Origin: Candidatus Aenigmatarchaeota archaeon
GTDB taxonomy: Archaea > Aenigmatarchaeota > Aenigmatarchaeia > QMZP01 > QMZT01
NCBI GenBank assembly: GCA_026397315.1
Contig: JAPLVC010000001.1
Span: forward strand, 96,001-160,000
DNA: 64,000 bases
Direction: 5' to 3'
The position numbers and the translations under genes were made by a program. Positions 1 through 9,093 of this stretch are shown one piece after another. The notes under the pieces were generated by a model that did no database searches, was not told the DNA's origin, and saw only the letters and a list, made by a program, of their open reading frames with translations. Within the stretch, counting starts at the first letter, position 1. Every line of letters begins with the position of its first letter.

Positions 1-14
1 AAGTGTAGAAACGT

Positions 15-1085
15 TTATAATCCGCCGGCCAGCTTGTTCATGTCCGGTATCTTGACGCAGTCGCACAGAGTTCCCCCGTGCGCCGAGCATACTTCCGCGT
101 TCTGCATTATCTGCTCGTTGGTTATGCCCGTCACGCTCATGTCCTGCGGGAACGTTATAGCTAGCGTGAATTCTTCTCCCTGAAATTCTGTCTTCTGCAA
201 GATAAGGACCTTGCGCCCGGTCGCGCTTTCTATGCTCGCCTTGAGCGCCTCGTCCATGTAGGCGCTCTCGCTGCCCACCATGTTTATGCCCTGGCTCATA
301 AGTATGCGGACCGTCGGCACGCAGCCTTCGGGCAGCGAAGTCCCGCCTGTGAGGGCCTTGAACTGCTCGTCGTTCATGCCTAGCATCGAAGCCACTCCCT
401 CGGTCACGCTGGGCAGGCCTTTGAAAAACAACACCGAGAAAACAAGCAGGGCTATTATCAAGGCTATGCCGCCCAGCCTGAACGGGTCTGAAAATGGCGT
501 TTTTGCATAGTCTATCTTTTTGACCTCGCCCGTGTATGCTCCCATCACGACGACGGCTTTCTTCTTGTCTTTCTCCAGCAACACTTCCCAGTCCGTGTTC
601 TTGAGATTAGCCTGTTTCGCTTTATACCCTTTCACCAGCGCCTCGGCCGTCTTTTTGACTTCATCTTCCTTGAGCGTGGTAACCTTGCTCTTGACAAGCA
701 GTCCCTCGAGCAGTTTGACGCGCTCCGTGAGCTTCTTCACCATGCTCGTGTCCGTTTCCTCTTCCTCGTCGCGCGTTATGAGGTAGAAGGCTGCGCCAAG
801 GCAGCCGGCCGCTATTATGCCGCCGATGAACAGGTCGAGCTGTATCATCTCGAATATCGTGCCCTTGAAGAAGAACATGAAGCCGCGTATGGCAGCTCCC
901 GCCATGACGCACAGGAAGCCGGCGCCGAGCATGGCTACTATCCTTATGGCGAACGGAATTTTCTTCTTCATGCCGCGAAAAGCGAAGGAGCCGAAAATCC
1001 ACGAGAGAACAAAATACATCACTATCTGAGCGAGCATGAGAAGCTGCGGCAGCGTTTCCATGATGTCCGATAGCGAAAGCGCCAT
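15..1085 (-). CDS. hypothetical membrane protein
   Basis: 356-aa ORF with three N-terminal hydrophobic helices, a central charged region, a further TM helix and a Cys-containing C-terminal domain; host-like codon usage. Confidence 0.75.
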   Translation of the reverse strand: MALSLSDIMETLPQLLMLAQIVMYFVLSWIFGSFAFRGMKKKIPFAIRIVAMLGAGFLCVMAGAAIRGFMFFFKGTIFEMIQLDLFIGGIIAAGCLGAAFYLITRDEEEETDTSMVKKLTERVKLLEGLLVKSKVTTLKEDEVKKTAEALVKGYKAKQANLKNTDWEVLLEKDKKKAVVVMGAYTGEVKKIDYAKTPFSDPFRLGGIALIIALLVFSVLFFKGLPSVTEGVASMLGMNDEQFKALTGGTSLPEGCVPTVRILMSQGINMVGSESAYMDEALKASIESATGRKVLILQKTEFQGEEFTLAITFPQDMSVTGITNEQIMQNAEVCSAHGGTLCDCVKIPDMNKLAGGL

Positions 1086-1106
1086 GAATAATATTTGCCG
1101 GGGCTG

Positions 1107-1343
1107 CTATAAATTGGATATGTTGAAGAAACCGCTCTGCAGGAGCTTGATTATTTTTTCCTCTTCGGGCATGTTCGCGGCAAGCAGTATTTTCAGGTCC
1201 TGCAGCGCCTCCGAGTAGAGTGTAGCGCCGATGGCGTTCGTGTCGCGCAGCTCCCATTCTTTGTCGCGTATTTTCGTGTAGATGAAGAACGCTTTCCCGT
1301 CCGTCGTAATCTTATGCTCCTGTCCCTCAAAAATAGTTTTCAT
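1107..1343 (-). CDS. small hypothetical protein
   Basis: 78-aa ORF directly upstream of and co-oriented with 15..1085; TTTAAA box upstream. Confidence 0.6.
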   Translation of the reverse strand: MKTIFEGQEHKITTDGKAFFIYTKIRDKEWELRDTNAIGATLYSEALQDLKILLAANMPEEEKIIKLLQSGFFNISNL

Positions 1344-1426
1344 TATTTTCTAATTCGGTTAGTACGGATTTAAACATATGTTGTCCCAAGCTCGCCTTTT
1401 TAAATACAGGCCGCCACTATAATCTC

Positions 1427-1481
1427 AAGAACAAGACAGTTCGTCAGGAACTAGCTTGTATCCGCGACATTTCTTGTTCTT
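1427..1481 (+). promoter_or_regulatory. candidate structured 5' leader of rps15 (branched stem)
   Basis: Perfect 10-bp stem AAGAACAAGA(1427-36)/TCTTGTTCTT(1472-81) enclosing AGTTC/GAACT and TGT/ACA hairpins; lies between TATA box TTTAAATA (~1399-1406) and SD AAGGTG. Confidence 0.5.
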
Positions 1482-1513
1482 ATAAATTCCATAAAACGGA
1501 GAAAGGTGTTTAT

Positions 1514-1936
1514 ATGACAGAAAATAATGAGAGCGAAAAGAAAGCGGCCAATTGGGTCGACTATAAACCAAAGGAAATCGAAGACCTTATCATAAAATAC
1601 GCGAAGCAGGGCACAACGAGCGCGCACATAGGCCTGATGCTGCGCGACCAGTACGGCATACCATCGGTGAAAGCGGTCACGAAGAAAACCATCAGCCAGA
1701 TACTGAAGGAAAACAAGGCTTACCCGAAGCTTCCGGAAGACATCCTGAACCTCATGAAGCGTGTCGTCGAACTCCGCGTCCACCTGGAGCGCAACAAGAA
1801 GGACTACCAATCTTACAGGGGCCTCGAATTGGCCGAGTCGAAAATCAGGCGCCTTGCAAAGTATTACAGGAAGAAAGGCATTCTGGCAAAGACTTGGAAA
1901 TACAATTCGGAGCAGGCAAAGCTGTTAATCCGATAA
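1514..1936 (+). CDS. rps15: 30S ribosomal protein uS15 (S15P/S13e)
   Basis: IGLMLRDQYGIP, LPEDILNL, RGLELAESKIRRLAKYY motifs. Confidence 0.97.
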   Translation: MTENNESEKKAANWVDYKPKEIEDLIIKYAKQGTTSAHIGLMLRDQYGIPSVKAVTKKTISQILKENKAYPKLPEDILNLMKRVVELRVHLERNKKDYQSYRGLELAESKIRRLAKYYRKKGILAKTWKYNSEQAKLLIR

Positions 1937-2017
1937 GTCCGAAAATATTTTCAAAATTCAAGCGGCTTTATTTTTCCGCTCACTTTTATTTTTATTGTTT
2001 TTAATAACAATATACAC

Positions 2018-2917
2018 ATGGATAAAACCTACACGGAGAAAATTAAAAGATTATTTTATTTCGCCTGGCTGGAGCTGAAGAGGAACTTGGCCGGTGTCAA
2101 ATATTTTGCGGAAGCTGACGTGACTGACAATTGCAATCTCCGGTGCAGGCATTGCTATCATTTTCACGGCAAAAATGATTTTGAAAAAAAGGAGTTCACG
2201 GCGGCTGAATGGAGAAAAAGGTTCAAAAGTCTGCATGAAACCGGGGTGAGAATTATCATGTTAGTTGGCGGCGAGCCCGCCCTGCGGCAGGACGTTCTCA
2301 TGTTAGCCGACGAAATTTTTCCTATCGTCTACGTCATCACAAATGGTACCATAAGGATACGCGATGACTTCAAGCACATATTATTTGTTTCATTGGAAGG
2401 CGGCCAGAAAATAAACGATTATATTAGAGGAGAGGGCACTTTTCAAAAAACATTGAAAAATTATTCAGGTGACGGGCGTGTTATTATCAACATGACGCTG
2501 CAAATGGAAAATTATAAAGAACTCGAAAAAGTCGTCAAGATAGCAAAGGATAACGGCTTCCGCGGCGTGGTGTGTAATATATGCCAATCGGGAACACACG
2601 CTGACAAAGTCTTATATCAAAAAAGCGTGAAAATTCGTGAGAGGGAAATTATAATTAAAGAGGTCGAACGAGTGAAAGCTTTATATCCGAAAGACTTTCT
2701 TATTAGCAAGTCCATGATAAAATGGTACAAAAAACCAGACCATAAAGATGGGTGCTATTGGAGCAGAGAATGCCTGCATTTCGATGTTTCATGGAACAAA
2801 AGGAGATGTTTTTTAAAAAACGTTGACTGCTCAAACTGCGGATGCTTCGCTGGCACATTTCAAAACCCGCTTTTGACAGCATTAAGGTATCCGCGGGAAA
2901 CAAAAATGCTAGTTTAG
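2018..2917 (+). CDS. radical SAM protein with Cys-rich C-terminal extension
   Basis: CNLRCRHC (CxxxCxxC), GGEP, ITNG, C-terminal C..C..DCSNCGC; AT-rich relative to neighbours. Confidence 0.9.
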   Translation: MDKTYTEKIKRLFYFAWLELKRNLAGVKYFAEADVTDNCNLRCRHCYHFHGKNDFEKKEFTAAEWRKRFKSLHETGVRIIMLVGGEPALRQDVLMLADEIFPIVYVITNGTIRIRDDFKHILFVSLEGGQKINDYIRGEGTFQKTLKNYSGDGRVIINMTLQMENYKELEKVVKIAKDNGFRGVVCNICQSGTHADKVLYQKSVKIREREIIIKEVERVKALYPKDFLISKSMIKWYKKPDHKDGCYWSRECLHFDVSWNKRRCFLKNVDCSNCGCFAGTFQNPLLTALRYPRETKMLV

Positions 2918-2940
2918 ATTGCGCGCGTATGCAGTTTAAC

Positions 2941-4140
2941 CTATTTGTAGTTCTCTTTCACGTATTCTTCCAGCTTGTTCAGCGATTCCTCGAGCACGTT
3001 CATGGGCGGGAGGAACACGATGCGGAAGTGGTCCGGCTTTGGATAGCCGAAACCGGATCCGAAGACTGCTAGAATGTGTTTTTTGTATAAGACGTCCATG
3101 ATGAACTGCTTGTCGTCCTTTATGTCCAGCTCGATTTTCGGGAACGCGTAAAAGGCGCCCTTGGGTTTCGTGCAGGAAAAGCCCTCGATTTCGTTGAAGC
3201 GCTTGTATATCAGGTCGCGTCTCTGCCTGAGTTTCCTGTTCATTTCTGGAATGTGGTCCTGCGGTCCTTCCAACGCTGGTTTAATGGCATACTGGAACGG
3301 GCCCGGCGCGGACAGTCGCGATCTAGCGAGCTTGGAAACAGTCTCCTGAAAATCAGCGCGAAGCTCCTGCGGTCCGCTGAATATCATCCAGCCGACGCGC
3401 CATCCGGGCACGATGTAGTTCTTCGAGAGCCCGTTGAACGTAAGGATGGGAATGTCGTTCGCCAGCGACGCGGTCGAAACGTGCCTGTCGTCGTCGAGCA
3501 GTATCTTGCTGTAAATCTCGTCGGAGAAAATGAGCAGGTTGTACTCGCGCGCGATGTCGATTATCTCTTTCAGCGTTTCTTTGGGGTAGAGCGCGCCCGT
3601 GGGGTTGTTCGGATTGATGAGTATTATGCCTTTCGTTTTAGAGTTGATTTTCTTCCGGATGTCGTCAACGTCCGGCTGCCAGCCTTCCTCTTCGATGCAG
3701 TTGTAGCGGTTGTGCACGGCGCCTATCTTGTTGACGATCGCGGAATAAACCGGGTATCCCGGAATGGGTGTCAGCACGTTCTCGCCGGGGTTGAGCAGCG
3801 CGTTCATCGCCATCTCTATGCCCTCGCTCACGCCGGCCGAGATGAGCACGTCGTTCTTCGTTACGCCTTTGATGCCGTCCCTGGCCGCTTCTTTCACAAT
3901 CGCTTCTCTCGCCTCCTCGATGCCTGCTGAATCCGCGTAATTGTTGAGGTTCTTTTTCATCGCTGTGTAAACGGCCTCCACGAGGTGTGCTGGCGTTACG
4001 AAATCGTAGACGTTCGGGTCGCCTATGTTGAGATGGAGAATCTTCTTACCCTGAGCCTTGAGCTTGTTCGCCTCGACAACGACGTCTCGTATAGCATAAG
4101 TGACCCTGCTCGCCCTTTCGGCCGGGATTATCTTTTTCAT
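2941..4140 (-). CDS. class I/II PLP-dependent aminotransferase (alanine aminotransferase-like)
   Basis: LNIGDP, INPNNPTG, SDEIY, GLSKNYIVPGWRVG (PLP lysine), HFRIVFLP. Confidence 0.92.
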   Translation of the reverse strand: MKKIIPAERASRVTYAIRDVVVEANKLKAQGKKILHLNIGDPNVYDFVTPAHLVEAVYTAMKKNLNNYADSAGIEEAREAIVKEAARDGIKGVTKNDVLISAGVSEGIEMAMNALLNPGENVLTPIPGYPVYSAIVNKIGAVHNRYNCIEEEGWQPDVDDIRKKINSKTKGIILINPNNPTGALYPKETLKEIIDIAREYNLLIFSDEIYSKILLDDDRHVSTASLANDIPILTFNGLSKNYIVPGWRVGWMIFSGPQELRADFQETVSKLARSRLSAPGPFQYAIKPALEGPQDHIPEMNRKLRQRRDLIYKRFNEIEGFSCTKPKGAFYAFPKIELDIKDDKQFIMDVLYKKHILAVFGSGFGYPKPDHFRIVFLPPMNVLEESLNKLEEYVKENYK

Positions 4141-4265
4141 AACATCACCGCCAATAAACCATAACTGAAATATCTGTAATAATCGTCTCTATATTAAATA
4201 CATTAGTCTGGCAAAATTAAAAAGTTAAAAGTAGATTTTCGATAAACCTTTTTTTCAAAAGGTTT

Positions 4266-4964
4266 TTAATCGCAATTCTCGAAGCTTTTTTCCGTGAATG
4301 CTGATATCGCACCGCTCGTGCCGAAGTCCTGCAGTTCCATCTTCGACGTAACGTCTTTGCCGGCAACTGTCATGTTCGTCTCGCTCCAGACAAGCACGAA
4401 AGGCACCTGGCCACTGTACCAGTATTCCCCTATCACGCCACCGATGGCTGTCCTGTATTTGGTGACTGCCACTGATTTGCCTGTCGGGGTCGTGTATGTG
4501 CCCGCGCCAAGTTGCGTTACGCCGCTAGTCGGCTTCTCGTACGGGTCTGACGTGACCGGTAAGGTGTTGGGCGCGGTTGTTAACGAGTTGCAGAGAGTTA
4601 TCTGGCCGAACTTGCTGAGGGAGTAAATCTTCGTCCCGGGTGTGCTGGCATCCTTGCCTTTCTCCCACATGACCAGCGACGAGCCAGAAACCGTCTCCGT
4701 CTCCGTGCCCGTGTACACCACAGCGCCGAGGGTTTTCTCGACGTATTTGTAGGTGAACTCGACCGGCTTGGCGCTTGTCGTGGTCAGGGCAATCTTGGCC
4801 CATGAGCCCGGCTGCGTGACCGGCTGCTGGAAGACGTTCTGAGGCGGCTGATTAGTATTCTGGTCTCCTCCGTTGGTTGCAGGTGCTGCGGGCTGCTGAG
4901 TGCAGCCGCTGGCCAGAACCGTTGCGACTAAAAGCATTGCCAGAACGGCAAATGTTTTTTTCAT
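4266..4964 (-). CDS. putative lipoprotein
   Basis: Start at ATG 4964: MKKTFAVLAMLLVATVLASGC signal with lipobox Cys, then a Q/P/T-rich linker. Confidence 0.75.
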   Translation of the reverse strand: MKKTFAVLAMLLVATVLASGCTQQPAAPATNGGDQNTNQPPQNVFQQPVTQPGSWAKIALTTTSAKPVEFTYKYVEKTLGAVVYTGTETETVSGSSLVMWEKGKDASTPGTKIYSLSKFGQITLCNSLTTAPNTLPVTSDPYEKPTSGVTQLGAGTYTTPTGKSVAVTKYRTAIGGVIGEYWYSGQVPFVLVWSETNMTVAGKDVTSKMELQDFGTSGAISAFTEKSFENCD

Positions 4965-5001
4965 GGTATAGTTTTCGGTTTTCGCCTTATTAATCTGCAG
5001 G

Positions 5002-5685
5002 CTATTCCCAGACGTATTCGAAGCCCCTTTCGCCGAACTTTTTCTCACGATGGGCGAGCGTCCACACGGCCATTATGAGCAGACCGGTGACTATGCCGCC
5101 GACGTGGCCGAAATTCGCCACTCCTGGCTGCAGCCCCATGACGCCGAGGAACGTTTCCTCTATTATCAGGAAGACCAGCAGGACAGCCGCGGGCATGGGA
5201 AAGAAGCCGAAGATATAGACCCATGACCTAGGATATTTGAACGCGTATGCGGCTATCACGCCGAACACCGCCCCGGACGCGCCTATGAGCGAAGCCGTCT
5301 CGCCTGTCAGGAAAAGCGGCATGAGGTAAACGTAAAAAAGAGCCGAGCCTATGCCGGACAGGAAGTAAAGCGCGGCGAACTTTTTCCTGCCGAGTCCCTG
5401 TTCCAACTGGAAGCCGAATATGGCCAGCACGAACATGTTCATAACAAGGTGGACCGGGTAGATTGTTATACCTCCGCTTGCGGTTTCGGCGAACGTGGCG
5501 TGCAGGAACATGTAAGTGATGAACTGATATACATGACCCGCATCGAGTGTAGCCGGATCCAGAGCCAGCGTGTCCTCAAGGATGGGATAAGCTGCTATCT
5601 GCGCGAACCATATCGCTACATTCACCATGATGATGGCGAAAGTGAGCGTTTCGAAAAAAGTGTATTTTCTCCTGACCAGCGCCAT
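5002..5685 (-). CDS. rhomboid family intramembrane serine protease
   Basis: YMFLH, HLVMNM, GASG catalytic Ser, GHVGG catalytic His. Confidence 0.93.
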   Translation of the reverse strand: MALVRRKYTFFETLTFAIIMVNVAIWFAQIAAYPILEDTLALDPATLDAGHVYQFITYMFLHATFAETASGGITIYPVHLVMNMFVLAIFGFQLEQGLGRKKFAALYFLSGIGSALFYVYLMPLFLTGETASLIGASGAVFGVIAAYAFKYPRSWVYIFGFFPMPAAVLLVFLIIEETFLGVMGLQPGVANFGHVGGIVTGLLIMAVWTLAHREKKFGERGFEYVWE

Positions 5686-5689
5686 TCGT

Positions 5690-6391
5690 TCACCTGTTAA
5701 TTTTTTGTTTTGGTTTTGAAACTCTTATCTTATTGGAATTATAATAGGCGCAAATCTTTTTCAGTTCGCATATCCCGCACTTCGGCTTTCGCGTGACGCA
5801 TATTTCCTTGCCGAAGCTGACGAGGCCTAGGTTCACGATGTACCGCCCGCTCTCAGGCACGAGCTTCTCAAGGTTAGCGCGGATTTCTTCGTATCTCGCA
5901 TTCGCCCGCGCGAAGCCGAGCCGCTTGGAGACGACGTCGACATGAACATCTACCGCAATCACAGGCACGCCATACCCATACGAAAGCACGATGTCCGCGG
6001 TCTTGGGCCCGACGCCGTAAAGCGACATCAGCGCCTCTCGCGTGCGCGGGAAGGAGTTTTTGTATTCTTTTTCGAGCGTCCTTGAAATCGCGATTATCTT
6101 TTTCGCCTTCTGGCGGAAGGGACCGGACTGCCGGATGAGCGACTCGAGTTTTGCGCGCCTGAGCTTCAGGATGTCCGCAGGCGTTTTGACCTTCGAGAAT
6201 AAACGTTCGCTGACGACTTCCGTCGTCTCGTCGAGCGCGCGCTGGGACAGCACGGTCGAGATGAGCAGGCGAAACAGGTCGTTGCGCTTCTTGAGAATCG
6301 ACATGTCGACTTCGCGGCCGTATTTTCTCTCAAGGTATGCGAGAACGATACGCATCTTTTGCCTGCATGCTTCTTCCGGCTTCTTGGCCAT
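5690..6391 (-). CDS. nth: endonuclease III (HhH-GPD, 4Fe-4S)
   Basis: LLISTVLSQ, LYGVGPKTA, AVDVHV, C-x6-C-x2-C-x5-C. Confidence 0.92.
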   Translation of the reverse strand: MAKKPEEACRQKMRIVLAYLERKYGREVDMSILKKRNDLFRLLISTVLSQRALDETTEVVSERLFSKVKTPADILKLRRAKLESLIRQSGPFRQKAKKIIAISRTLEKEYKNSFPRTREALMSLYGVGPKTADIVLSYGYGVPVIAVDVHVDVVSKRLGFARANARYEEIRANLEKLVPESGRYIVNLGLVSFGKEICVTRKPKCGICELKKICAYYNSNKIRVSKPKQKINR

Positions 6392-6438
6392 GTAGTTAAT
6401 ATTGGATTGGGATTTTAATTTTCACAGAATCTAGGAGT

Positions 6439-7209
6439 TTATTTTTTGGCCACTTCTTTCATGCTTTTGGACATGTGGTACATGCCGAAGCCTATCGTAA
6501 AGAATGCTATGGTGAATATGATGTCCACCCAGGATGCCGTGTAATATGCGCCTATGCTGGTGGTGTAAGAAAACGCGAAATCTGCCACGGCCTCTATTAT
6601 AAACCCTAGGCTGATTATGCCGAGCGACTTGAAAAGCATGCTGCCGTAGGTGATGGTCAGTATGGCTAAGGCAAATGACAGGAAAACCACGTCCCCAAGC
6701 GGATAAACGACGTTGAGTATTTTCGTGAGCATCGGTACTTCCTCGAAAAGTTTCTCATAAATGAAAATGGGGAATATGACCAAGAACACGAGCAACGGTG
6801 GTATTATGACTTTGGCGACTGTCTTGGCGTCCAGCTTGACTTTGACACTTTTCAGTAGAAGAAAAAGCCCGTACGCTGCAAATGGTATAGTTCCAAGATA
6901 TCCTATGTCCGCCAGGGAAGGATACGGGACCTCCGAGCCAGATATGTTGTAAAAGAACCACACGAGATTTCCCAGCCCCCAAGACAGCAGACCGATTGAG
7001 ATGTAAAAAAGCGACTTTCCGAATGCGCTTTTGAATGTGAAAGTCCTTGCGCTGTCGACGCCGACCCAGGTGCAAATGAACAGGATTATGGTCGTGTTCA
7101 GCAAAAGCAAATATCTTGTTAAAGCGGGGCTGTCCTGGGTCTGCAACATCATTCCTATAACGGTCAATACCGTCAGAATGGACAGCAAAAGTATCTTTTT
7201 TGGCATCAT
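6439..7209 (-). CDS. polytopic membrane protein resembling membrane sensor domains of signalling proteins
   Basis: About 7-8 TM helices; PYPSLADIGYL and VYPLGDVV motifs; no cytoplasmic output domain. Confidence 0.65.
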   Translation of the reverse strand: MMPKKILLLSILTVLTVIGMMLQTQDSPALTRYLLLLNTTIILFICTWVGVDSARTFTFKSAFGKSLFYISIGLLSWGLGNLVWFFYNISGSEVPYPSLADIGYLGTIPFAAYGLFLLLKSVKVKLDAKTVAKVIIPPLLVFLVIFPIFIYEKLFEEVPMLTKILNVVYPLGDVVFLSFALAILTITYGSMLFKSLGIISLGFIIEAVADFAFSYTTSIGAYYTASWVDIIFTIAFFTIGFGMYHMSKSMKEVAKK

Positions 7210-7286
7210 CTGTTATAAAATTTGGTTCCGCCTGAATATAAACTACGTTTAAACACGCAACGTCGCATCCGGCTATCCGTTTCGTC

Positions 7287-8489
7287 TCAGAAATCCCCTA
7301 GTCGCCGCTGTTTCAGGATGATGCTCTTCTTGACGTATTCTGCGACCGGCGTTCTCAGCCGCGGGCCGATGTAGGCCAGCGCTTCGCGGAGCGTCGCGAA
7401 CTTCGCCGGCTTCTGGCGGAGCGCGTTCCTCGTGTTTTCCAGACACTGCCACACGCCGACAGGGATGGTATAGCCTTCATGTATTTCGCGGAAGATGACA
7501 CAGCGCGCTTGCCGCCGCATTTTCTCGAGACCTTCGGCGAGGCCCAGTCGATTCGCATAGAACCCGCCGCCCTGTTCGCTGGCATATGTGGTGCGGCCTT
7601 TGTGGGGCTCGTATTCCTGGGTTATCTCGGGCGCTTTAAGACTCTGCGCCCAGTACGCGCCCGGAGACCAGCACTCGAAATTCTCGTATTCCCAGTTGCC
7701 GGGCATGAGCAGTATCTCGTAATGGTTGTCCAAGTATTCGCTGGAATAGACATGGTAATCGTTTATCGACGGGTAATCCTTGATGTTGCTGATGAGCTGG
7801 TTGGCAAGCATCGTATGCGTGGCTGTTATGCTCCAGCGCGTCGGCACCAGTTTCCGCCGGTCTTTCATTCCAAAGATGCCTGACGAGAGGATTGTTATGA
7901 GCTTGTATATGTCCGTGCCATGCGTGTAAAGCTCGTAGCTGGCTTCGACTGTCTTCATTTCATCGTTGATGATTTTCTCGACTTTCTGCGGCACCTTGGG
8001 GTTGCCAACGACCTTGAACTTGTCTATCGTCCCGGAAGGGCCCATGGGATGGGTGATGTCCGAGAACTCGAAGGACATCTTGGGCACGTTCTTGAACAGT
8101 ATTTCGACATCCGTCGGCTTCGATGCGAGAGCGAGCTCCTGGTTCTGCTCTATGAAGCGCGAGCGGGAGAAGACGTTTTCCCTGAACTGTGACCTGAGGA
8201 GCAGCGAGCGGAACTGGATTATGTCGCCATATGGCATGCCGAACCAGTTCTGGGGGGCGTCGGCAATCTCGGCCTTGCTCGCATCTAACGCGGCCATGGG
8301 CCCTACATACACGTCCGGGTAGAAATTATGGCCGACAAACACGGATGTGCTCGGACCGAAGAAGTCCTTCTTGAGCGAGGACTGGATTTGAGGAGCTAGC
8401 TTAATCTTGGAATATAACGGGCACGTGCGCCAGCCGCAGAGGTTGCGCGAGCCCTTGCACACGATGCATAGCCTGGCCGGAGAAGTCAT
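7287..8489 (-). CDS. nreA: Nre family archaeal DNA repair protein
   Basis: N-terminal CxxCKG..LCG..CP, RRKLVPTRWSITA, IPVGVWQ, C-terminal PIP box QRRLGDF. Confidence 0.93.
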   Translation of the reverse strand: MTSPARLCIVCKGSRNLCGWRTCPLYSKIKLAPQIQSSLKKDFFGPSTSVFVGHNFYPDVYVGPMAALDASKAEIADAPQNWFGMPYGDIIQFRSLLLRSQFRENVFSRSRFIEQNQELALASKPTDVEILFKNVPKMSFEFSDITHPMGPSGTIDKFKVVGNPKVPQKVEKIINDEMKTVEASYELYTHGTDIYKLITILSSGIFGMKDRRKLVPTRWSITATHTMLANQLISNIKDYPSINDYHVYSSEYLDNHYEILLMPGNWEYENFECWSPGAYWAQSLKAPEITQEYEPHKGRTTYASEQGGGFYANRLGLAEGLEKMRRQARCVIFREIHEGYTIPVGVWQCLENTRNALRQKPAKFATLREALAYIGPRLRTPVAEYVKKSIILKQRRLGDF

Positions 8490-8757
8490 ATGATTAATTA
8501 ATATAGTAAAAATTATAAGGCTTTCCGCCTCTCAAAAGGCCGTTTGTGCTGTCTGGATTGCTGCTCGGGCGCCTTATACTTAGAATAGGAAAAATAGGCA
8601 ACTTTAAATTGGAATAAAAAGGATTTATATGTATAACGGTCATATATAAGATTCTTTAAACGGTCCCGCAAAACACCACAAGCGGCCGGCAAAGCCATCC
8701 ATAATGTCGAATGATGTTCAAAAAGTCCTGACACGGACTGAAAAGAGGTATATGCTT

Positions 8758-9093
8758 ATGGAAAAGGACAAAAATATAGACGTATTGGAAGAAATCAAAA
8801 CCGCTGAAAAGGAAGCCAACAGGACGCTCGAGAAAGCACAGGAGCGCAAGAGCGAGATAATTCTTGAGATGCACAACAAGGCAAGGCAGATGGAAGAAAG
8901 AGAGATGGCCAGGATAAAGAGAGAGATGGAAGAGGCGATAAAGAGTTTTGATGCCAAGGCCGACAAGGACAGGGAACGTCTTCTGGCAGACAAGAAAAGC
9001 GAGACTGAGAGGCTCAAGAAATCCGCATCTTCCAAGGTCAGCAAGGCCGTGGAGAACATTAAGAAGGAATTAAACGCCTTCTTGGGAGAGTGA
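8758..9093 (+). CDS. atpH: A/V-type ATP synthase subunit H (peripheral stalk)
   Basis: Charged coiled coil (VLEEIKTAEKEA); first gene of the operon; SD GAGGT; start could also be 8752. Confidence 0.8.
   Translation: MEKDKNIDVLEEIKTAEKEANRTLEKAQERKSEIILEMHNKARQMEEREMARIKREMEEAIKSFDAKADKDRERLLADKKSETERLKKSASSKVSKAVENIKKELNAFLGE

Noticed and set aside
8711-8741. C/D box sRNA (ATGATGT...CTGA...CTGA) before the ATPase operon
   Set aside because: Too short for two guides, imperfect C box and no C' box.
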